A stretch of DNA of 64,000 bases, from contig CAWISW010000002.1 of assembly GCA_963838925.1 (NCBI GenBank), positions 416,001 through 480,000 of the forward strand, in the 5' to 3' direction. The number at the start of each line of letters is the position of its first letter. The stretch's first letter is position 1. The DNA is from an uncultured Nitrososphaerota archaeon. Its GTDB lineage: Archaea > Thermoproteota > Nitrososphaeria > Nitrososphaerales > Gagatemarchaeaceae. The position numbers and the translations under genes are program-made. A model generated the notes under the pieces. It did no database searches. It was not told the origin of the DNA and saw only the letters and a list, made by a program, of their open reading frames with translations. Of this stretch, positions 57,328-64,000 are shown piece after piece.

Positions 57328-60300
57328 TTGTTACAAAGCGTCGCGGAGGGGCAGGATCTCGCCAAGAAGCTCCAAGAGCTGACCACCCCTGTCACCGAGT
57401 TGGACGAAGGCCTCCTCGTCTCCGCCACCTACGACGGCGAGAAACGGAAGGCGGTGCTCAAGTTCTACGACTCCAAGAGGGGGAGGGTGTGGCTGTGGGT
57501 CGACAACACCGGGCACAGGCCGTATTGCTACACCAAGCTCACCCGCGCAGAGCTCGAGGCCGAGGGCGTCAGCGTGGGGAAGAACGGGGTCGCCTCGATC
57601 GACGACGACGACTCGAAGTACGACCTCCTGACCGATTCGAAGATCACAGTAAGAAAGATCACCGCAACCGACCCGCTGGCGATCGGAGGCGCCCCGGGAA
57701 GCCTCAGAGAGCGGATAACATGCTGGGAGGCGGACATCAAGTACTACGAAAACTACCTCTACGACAGGCACCTCAAGGTCGGAACCTACTACAAGATAAC
57801 CCAAGGGGAGCTGGCGCCGGTCGAGAAGGAGGTCGAAGGCGAGGTCCAACGGTCCCTCGACTCCATCCTCACCAAGGCGACGGGAGACGCCGCGTCTCAT
57901 ATCCGTGAGTGGGCAGAGCTGCTCGGGCAGCCGCTCTCTGCGTTCAAGAGGATCGCCTGCGACATCGAGGTCGCCAACGAGGAGAACCGCCTCCCGGACC
58001 CCGAGACCGGGGACAGACCGGTCATCGCCGTCTCGTTCTGCAACGACAAGGAGTCCATCGTCTACATGGTAGACAGGACGGGGGAGGACAAGTCGCTGGA
58101 TGGGGCGTTGACGGCCTACACGCACACCGTATTTCCCGACGAGGCCTCGCTGCTTCGAGCCACCTTCGCAAAGATGATGGAATACCCGTTCCTGATCACC
58201 TTCAACGGGGACGACTTCGACCTGAGGTATCTCAAGAACCGCGCCATGAGAAAGGAGATTGGAATACGGGAGGAAGAGATCCCCATCTCGCTTCAGCGGC
58301 AGGAAGCCTCGCTGAAGCACGGCGTCCACATCGACCTCTACCGGTTCTTCAACAACCGCTCCATCCAGGTCTATGTCTACAACAACAAGTACACCGAGCA
58401 CACGCTCAACGGAATATCCGAGGCGCTCCTGGGGAAGGAGAAGATACCGTTCGAGGGGAACATCAGCGAGCTTCCGCTGCTGAAGCTAGCAGACTACAAC
58501 TTCAACGACTCGGAAATAACCTACGAGCTGACCAGCGCGAACGACTCACTGCTGATGAAAATCCTGCTCGTCATCTCGAGGATCGCCAAGATGCCCATGA
58601 ACGACGTCGCTCGTTTAGGCGTCTCCAACTGGATACGGAGCATGCTCTTCTACGAGCACAGAAAGGACCGCGCCCTCATCCCTCGCACGGACGAGCTCGC
58701 GAGGAAGGGCGGCGCCTCATCCGAGGCGATAATCAAGGGGAAGAAGTACAAGGGAGGCCTCGTAATCGAGCCGAAGCCAGGGGTGTTCTTCGGGGTCTCC
58801 GTGCTGGACTTCGCCAGCCTGTACCCCAGCATCATAAAGGTCCACAACCTCTCCTACGAGACCGTGAACTGCGGTCACGAGGAGTGTAGGTCGAACAAGG
58901 TCCCCGACACCGACCACTGGGTCTGCAGAAAGAGGGATGGGATAGAGAGCCTCGTCATAGGCTCCCTGAGGGACCTCCGGGTCGGACACTACAAGGCGCT
59001 CTCCAAGGACAAGACCATCCCGAAGGAGAGCAGGGACCTCTACGGCACGGTTACCCAGGGACTAAAAGTGATCCTGAACGCTTGCTTCACTGGCGACACG
59101 ATGATAGTCACCCCGACCGGAATAAGGAATATCAAAGACGTGAAGGTCGGAGATCATGTCGTCAACGTTAATCCGGAGACGTTGTCAGTCGAAGTGGACA
59201 AAGTCGTAGAGGTTCAAGCGTTTCCCTTCGTCGGGAACTTGTACCACTTCGAGGACAACAGATTTGTGGACCTAACAGTCACCCCCAACCACCGATTCCT
59301 GACCCAAGATAGACGCAAATCAGCTAACAACGGGACGAAGTTCAGGTCGGCAGAAGAGATTGCAAGACTCGCGAACGTGACAATTCCCAAACTGAAGTCC
59401 GGCGTCCAGTCGGACCATGTTCCAACCCGCATTTCTTTGTTGGAAACCGCGAAGGACATGAACGCAAACGCGTACCTCTATCCGAAGACGGGAGCAAGGT
59501 TGATCGACTGGTTCCGTACGTTACCGCCGGAGCTCCAGCAAAAAATCCGCGCAAACGGCCGTGTGAGGAAACTCGGGATGGAAAGCCCTCGGGTCGAGTC
59601 CAATCGAAGACGACAATCGCACTACGTTCTGCCGTCAAGCGTCGTCAACGAGGACGATATCCATGCTATTGAGAGCGCACACGGGCAGGTCATGCTCGCT
59701 GAGACACGAGGACGCCAAGTGCCTGCGAACTACGATGGCAAAGACTTCGCGACACTCTGCGGATGGTTCGTCGCCGAGGGAACTCCCCATGCGACGTCGC
59801 GTAAAGAATATCCCAACGGCCGTGTTCGCGGGCGAACATCTGGGATAACGATCACTCAAGGGTTTGGCAAGGGGAACCAGATGGGCTTCCATTACAGGGA
59901 AGAAATCCGAATCCTTCTCGCGAGGTTAGGACTGCGAAGCAAAAGGGACGCGTCAGATAACAAGTACTACAAGATCAGCAGCTCAATATTCAATCGATGG
60001 ATGGTCTTGCACTGCTATGACGATGCCGAGCCTGCTCATCATGCGACGTCGAAGAGGATTCCGAACTTCGTCTTCCACTCTGCCGAGACGATGAGAGCCT
60101 TTCTCGACTCTGCCTACAAAGGCGACGGCAACAGGCGAGGGGTGAGGTATTCGACAGTCAGTGTCCGGCTCGCAAGCGAGATGGTTGCCCTTACGGCGAT
60201 GTTGGGGCACAGGGCAAAGATGACCTACGACAAAGACGAAAGAATCTACAGAGTGATCTTCAAGAACGTGAGTTCGAAGTTGACATATTCGGGAGCCGAG

Positions 60301-61359
60301 AAGGACAAGAGGATCACGATGACTCCTTTCGATGGCACGGTCTACTGCGTGACTACTGAAAGGAACCATACGGTCTTCGCCGGAAGGAATGGGAGGTTCG
60401 TCCCGGTGGGTCAATCCTACGGTGTGATGGGCTTCGAGACGTTCGCACTCTACTGCTTGCCGGTAGCCGAAGCGACGGCCGCACTAGGCAGGGACGCGAT
60501 CACACGGACCATCGAAAAGTGCAAGCAGGAGAGCGTCTCTGTCATTTACAGCGATACTGATTCGCTCTTCATCGAAAACCCCGACAAGGACAAGGTCGCC
60601 GACGTTCTAAAGTGGGCGGACAGGGAATTAGGCGTAGAGCTCGAGGTAGACAAGACGTACCGGTATGTCGCTTTCAGCGAGCGCAAGAAGAACTACTTCG
60701 GAGTCCTCCAGGATGGCGCCGCGGACATCAAGGGGCTCACCGGCAAGAAGTCCCAGACGCCAAAGTTCCTGAAGGACGAGTTCTACCTGATGCTCGACAT
60801 CCTAGGCAACGTCTACAGCGCTGACGACTTCGGGCAGGCGAAGTCGAAGATCAAGAAGCTGCTCAACGACATGGTGACCGCTCTCAAGGAGAGGAAGATA
60901 CCGCTCGACGACCTCGCGTTCAACGTCATGATGGGCAAGTCCATAGACGGGTACAAGTCCACGAAGACGACGACAGAGCCCGCCGACAGGAAGGAGGCGA
61001 TGAAGCAGCGCGAAGAGGGTGCGAAGAGGCAGCGAGAGCAGATGTCCCTCCACGAGGGAGTACAGGAGCGGCCGGAGGCGGCCCTCTCGGCCTCGATGAG
61101 CGGGCTGCCTCAGCACGTGAAGGCTGCGATACTCCTGAGGAACTCGAACAGGGAAGTCAAGGCGGGCGAGCTCATCTCCTTCGTGAAGACGAAGGGCAGG
61201 GAAGGGGTGAAGCCCACCATTCAAGCCAAGCCAGAGGACATCGACGTCGACAAGTACATAGAGTACGCGAGCTCTATGTTCGACCAGGTGCTCGGTGCGC
61301 TCGACCTGTCGTTCGACTCGGTCGTGCCGAGGACCAGTCTGGACGCCTTCTGGGCCTAG
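57328..61359 (+). CDS. polB: Family B DNA polymerase (PolB1-type) containing one intein
   Basis: DIEV, TFNGDDFD, DFASLYPSII, KVILNA|SYG, YSDTDS, KKNY.G. Confidence 0.96.
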   Translation: MLQSVAEGQDLAKKLQELTTPVTELDEGLLVSATYDGEKRKAVLKFYDSKRGRVWLWVDNTGHRPYCYTKLTRAELEAEGVSVGKNGVASIDDDDSKYDLLTDSKITVRKITATDPLAIGGAPGSLRERITCWEADIKYYENYLYDRHLKVGTYYKITQGELAPVEKEVEGEVQRSLDSILTKATGDAASHIREWAELLGQPLSAFKRIACDIEVANEENRLPDPETGDRPVIAVSFCNDKESIVYMVDRTGEDKSLDGALTAYTHTVFPDEASLLRATFAKMMEYPFLITFNGDDFDLRYLKNRAMRKEIGIREEEIPISLQRQEASLKHGVHIDLYRFFNNRSIQVYVYNNKYTEHTLNGISEALLGKEKIPFEGNISELPLLKLADYNFNDSEITYELTSANDSLLMKILLVISRIAKMPMNDVARLGVSNWIRSMLFYEHRKDRALIPRTDELARKGGASSEAIIKGKKYKGGLVIEPKPGVFFGVSVLDFASLYPSIIKVHNLSYETVNCGHEECRSNKVPDTDHWVCRKRDGIESLVIGSLRDLRVGHYKALSKDKTIPKESRDLYGTVTQGLKVILNACFTGDTMIVTPTGIRNIKDVKVGDHVVNVNPETLSVEVDKVVEVQAFPFVGNLYHFEDNRFVDLTVTPNHRFLTQDRRKSANNGTKFRSAEEIARLANVTIPKLKSGVQSDHVPTRISLLETAKDMNANAYLYPKTGARLIDWFRTLPPELQQKIRANGRVRKLGMESPRVESNRRRQSHYVLPSSVVNEDDIHAIESAHGQVMLAETRGRQVPANYDGKDFATLCGWFVAEGTPHATSRKEYPNGRVRGRTSGITITQGFGKGNQMGFHYREEIRILLARLGLRSKRDASDNKYYKISSSIFNRWMVLHCYDDAEPAHHATSKRIPNFVFHSAETMRAFLDSAYKGDGNRRGVRYSTVSVRLASEMVALTAMLGHRAKMTYDKDERIYRVIFKNVSSKLTYSGAEKDKRITMTPFDGTVYCVTTERNHTVFAGRNGRFVPVGQSYGVMGFETFALYCLPVAEATAALGRDAITRTIEKCKQESVSVIYSDTDSLFIENPDKDKVADVLKWADRELGVELEVDKTYRYVAFSERKKNYFGVLQDGAADIKGLTGKKSQTPKFLKDEFYLMLDILGNVYSADDFGQAKSKIKKLLNDMVTALKERKIPLDDLAFNVMMGKSIDGYKSTKTTTEPADRKEAMKQREEGAKRQREQMSLHEGVQERPEAALSASMSGLPQHVKAAILLRNSNREVKAGELISFVKTKGREGVKPTIQAKPEDIDVDKYIEYASSMFDQVLGALDLSFDSVVPRTSLDAFWA
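59083..60414 (+). mobile_element. 444-aa intein with a LAGLIDADG homing endonuclease
   Basis: Starts CFTGDT; block B VTPNHRF; LCGWFVAEG and FLDSAYKGDG; block F VYCVTT; ends GRNG...GQ followed by Ser; lower GC. Confidence 0.93.
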
Positions 61360-63080
61360 GTGTAGTTCAGTACCTTCTGTCTTGTCTCGGCGATGAACTC
61401 GTCGAGCTTCACGCCGTACCTCACGTCTCCCTCTCGGGCTCTCACGGCCACCGTGCCTGCATCCTCCTCTTTGGAGCCTATCACCAGCATGTAGGGGACC
61501 TTCTGGAGCTGCGCGTCCCTGATCTTCCCCCCAATCGTGCCGCTGGCGAAGTCCCTCTCGACCCTCAGGCCGCCATCGGCAAGGCCCTGTGCGACCTTCT
61601 CCGCGTATCCCTTGTTCTCGTCGGAGACCGGCAGGACCCTGACCTGCACCGGGGCGATCCAGACGGGGAACCTGCCCTGCACGTGCTCGGTATAGACCCC
61701 GATGAACCTCTCGAGCGAGCCCAGTATGGCGCGGTGAATCACCACCGGCACGTGGTCCTTCCCGTCCGAGCCGGCGTAGGTCAGCTTGAACCTCTGTGGG
61801 AGCTGGTAGTCGAGCTGGATCGTCGAGTTCTGCCACTCCCTCCCCATCGAGTCCTTGATGTCCACGTCTATCTTGGGGCCGTAGAACGCTCCGTCCTTGT
61901 CCTTCACCTTGTAGGTCAGCCCCTTCGCCTCCATCACCCGGGCTAGGGTCCCCTCCGCCTTCTCCCAGAACTCCCGTGTGCCCATGTGGTCGTCGGGCAT
62001 CGTCGAGAGGTTGAGCTTGTACTCCAGGCGGAATATCTTGAAGACCCTGTCCAGGAGGTCTATCATCCCCTTCACCTCGCCCTCCACCTGCTCCTCCGTG
62101 GCGAAGATGTGGGCGTCGTCCTGCGAGAAGGACTTGACCCGGAAGAGCCCCGAGGCCACCCCGCTGAGCTCGTTCCTGTAGAGCGAGTCGAAGCACGAGA
62201 CCCGGAGCGGGAGCTCCCTGAAGCTCCACCTCCTCGTCCTGTAGAACAGCATGGTCGGCGGGCAGTTCATCGGCTTGAGGCCGAACTCCTCGTCTCCCAT
62301 CTGCGTGAGGAAGAGGTTCTGCTTGTAGTGGTCCCAGTGGCCGCTAACCCTCCAGAGGGCGTTGCTCACCAGCCCGGGGGTGCTGATCTCGATGTACCCG
62401 CCCTTTGCCAGCTCGCCGCGCATGAACTCGATCAGGAGGTTCCTGAGCTTCAGCCCCTTGTTGTGCCAGTAGACCATGCCCGGCGAGGGCTCCTGGAAGC
62501 TGAAGAGGTCCAGCCTCTCGCCTATGATCCGGTGGTCCGTCTCCGGGAGCCCCGCGAAGTCGCTCTTCCTTATGCGCGAGAACAGCTGCTCCTCGGTCAT
62601 CTCCTGCTGCGGCCTCTTCTCGTGGGCCGGGGCGGCCTCGGCCTTCGCGCCTGCAGGCGCGGGCGCGACGTTGGAGTAGATCCTCGACTGCTCGGCTAGG
62701 GGATGGCCCTTCACCTTGATCTGGAAGGCCTTGTTCCAGCCGAAGGGGGCGCGATGGGTCTCGAGCCCTGCCTCCCTCGCCATCCTCTCCATCGTCCTCA
62801 GCTCCTCCAGCGCCTCCTTCGGCCGCGCCAGGTTCGGGCTGAGGTGCGCGTACGGGTATATGATTATCTTATTGACCTTGAGCTTCTCCAGGAAGGACCT
62901 TGTGCCCTCTACCGCCTTCTTCGCGACCTCCTCGTCGTCCCCGGGCTCGACGCTCACGAAGAGCGCCACTATCTCCTCGAACCGCTGCTTCTTCTTGTCC
63001 GGGATCTCCTCCGCGGAAGAGATCTCCTTGCCTATCGGCTCGTACTCGATGAAGTCAAGGTGCTGCTGGAGTATCCTCAT
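61356..63080 (-). CDS. thrS: Threonine--tRNA ligase with an archaeal N-terminal editing domain
   Basis: YPYAHLS, PFGW.KAF..KGHPLAE, KPMNCP, YRNELSG, FYGPKID, HRAILGS.ERF. Confidence 0.96.
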   Translation of the reverse strand: MRILQQHLDFIEYEPIGKEISSAEEIPDKKKQRFEEIVALFVSVEPGDDEEVAKKAVEGTRSFLEKLKVNKIIIYPYAHLSPNLARPKEALEELRTMERMAREAGLETHRAPFGWNKAFQIKVKGHPLAEQSRIYSNVAPAPAGAKAEAAPAHEKRPQQEMTEEQLFSRIRKSDFAGLPETDHRIIGERLDLFSFQEPSPGMVYWHNKGLKLRNLLIEFMRGELAKGGYIEISTPGLVSNALWRVSGHWDHYKQNLFLTQMGDEEFGLKPMNCPPTMLFYRTRRWSFRELPLRVSCFDSLYRNELSGVASGLFRVKSFSQDDAHIFATEEQVEGEVKGMIDLLDRVFKIFRLEYKLNLSTMPDDHMGTREFWEKAEGTLARVMEAKGLTYKVKDKDGAFYGPKIDVDIKDSMGREWQNSTIQLDYQLPQRFKLTYAGSDGKDHVPVVIHRAILGSLERFIGVYTEHVQGRFPVWIAPVQVRVLPVSDENKGYAEKVAQGLADGGLRVERDFASGTIGGKIRDAQLQKVPYMLVIGSKEEDAGTVAVRAREGDVRYGVKLDEFIAETRQKVLNYT

Positions 63081-63101
63081 CTATCTTCGCCGTCGTCTTC
63101 C

Positions 63102-63308
63102 CTAGCCCCATCTGGCCCTTTCCATGTCCCTGTCCTTCTTCGTCGCCTTCTTCCACACCTTGGAGTGCTCGCGGCAAAGGTAGACCCGCTTCCCCTCGCC
63201 GCCCGCTGTGAGCCCGCTCCCCTTGAGAGTGTCCCTCCCCACCGACCTCTCGCTGGGGTTCTTGCAGCCGGTCACAGAGCACGCGACGCCTTTCTCGACT
63301 TTGCCCAT
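63102..63308 (-). CDS. Small conserved Zn-finger protein
   Basis: CSVTGC...YLCREH. Confidence 0.8.
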   Translation of the reverse strand: MGKVEKGVACSVTGCKNPSERSVGRDTLKGSGLTAGGEGKRVYLCREHSKVWKKATKKDRDMERARWG

Positions 63309-63399
63309 TCCGGATTCGGGCAGCCTAGTCCGTATTTATAGCATGTTCTGGTGCAGCTTATTACGAGCCGCGGCTCGACCGGCCAGCAGGGATACCTGC

Positions 63400-64000
63400 T
63401 TGCTCGACAGGCTGAGGGGGTCGCTGAAGGGTCTGCTGGAGTCGGCAGGCTCGGTGGCGGCGAAGATCATCCCGCGCCCAACGGCGTGGACGGTCATCGG
63501 CCTGTTCTTCGCGTTCCTGGCCTTCATCTACTACGGGGGAGGGGACCAGGTGGGAGGCGGGTTGCTCGTGATACTCGCCGGGCTGTTCGACGTGCTCGAC
63601 GGGGCGGTGGCGCGCGCGACGGGCCGCGTCAGCGTCCGCGGGGCGTTCCTCGACTCGACGTTGGACAGGGTCTCGGAGGTGGTGGTCTTCCTCGGGATAC
63701 TCTTGGGCGGGTTCGTGAGCCCGTTCTTCGTGCTGCTCGCACTGTCCTTCAGCCTGCTGGTCAGCTACACCCGCGCGAAGGGAGACGCCCTGGGGGTGAA
63801 CCTCGCGGGGGTAGGGGTTGGCGAGAGGAGCGAGAGGCTGGTGGTGCTCATCGTGACCTCGCTTCTCTCGATAGTCGGGCTTGGGGTGCTCCTCATAGCG
63901 ATCCTCGCGCTCATCACCTTCGTCCAGAGGACGGTGAAGGTCAACAGGGCGCTCGGGCGCGCCCAAAAGGCGGAAGCTCCCGCTCCCCAGCCTACAGCCC
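63400..64000 (+). CDS. CDP-alcohol phosphatidyltransferase (archaetidylinositol-phosphate synthase-like), 3'-truncated; absent from the ORF track
   Basis: Manual translation from TTG at 63400: MLDRLRG...FDVLDGAVARATG...GAFLDSTLDR...SYTRAKGD...ERSERL. Confidence 0.9.
   Translation, partial: MLDRLRGSLKGLLESAGSVAAKIIPRPTAWTVIGLFFAFLAFIYYGGGDQVGGGLLVILAGLFDVLDGAVARATGRVSVRGAFLDSTLDRVSEVVVFLGILLGGFVSPFFVLLALSFSLLVSYTRAKGDALGVNLAGVGVGERSERLVVLIVTSLLSIVGLGVLLIAILALITFVQRTVKVNRALGRAQKAEAPAPQPTA

Noticed and set aside
1-64000. Many long antisense or alternate-frame ORFs (e.g. 3493-4722, 14868-16169, 60802-62229); tRNA, rRNA and CRISPR arrays
   Set aside because: Shadow ORFs are expected from high GC3 bias and overlap well-supported genes; no tRNA, rRNA or CRISPR signature was recognised by eye

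Overview
GC-rich archaeal chromosome segment. The gene set and order (SMC-ScpAB, rps8e-SRP19-Gar1-TFB-TFEbeta-RlmE, Trm1, RNase HII, fibrillarin/Nop5, Elp3, GatDE, PolB-ThrRS) suggest Nitrososphaerota, probably a non-ammonia-oxidising lineage; this is an inference. Most of the window is housekeeping, plus a glycan/GDP-heptose cluster and a 2-oxoacid:ferredoxin oxidoreductase operon. Three selfish or accessory elements stand out. (1) An intact TnpB sits in a transposase-free element with 20-bp terminal inverted repeats and an 8-bp target-site duplication, which are IS6/DDE-like ends rather than IS200/IS605/IS607 ends. (2) A Zn-finger/NUMOD3-like/PD-(D/E)xK endonuclease ORF is looped out of a predicted structured RNA that I cannot assign to a known family. 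(3) A Gln-terminated LAGLIDADG intein lies one residue off the canonical pol-b site in PolB. A stand-alone nurA-herA pair with a triple palindromic operator lies next to three related wHTH proteins. All calls come from reading motifs by eye; no searches or folding programs were run.
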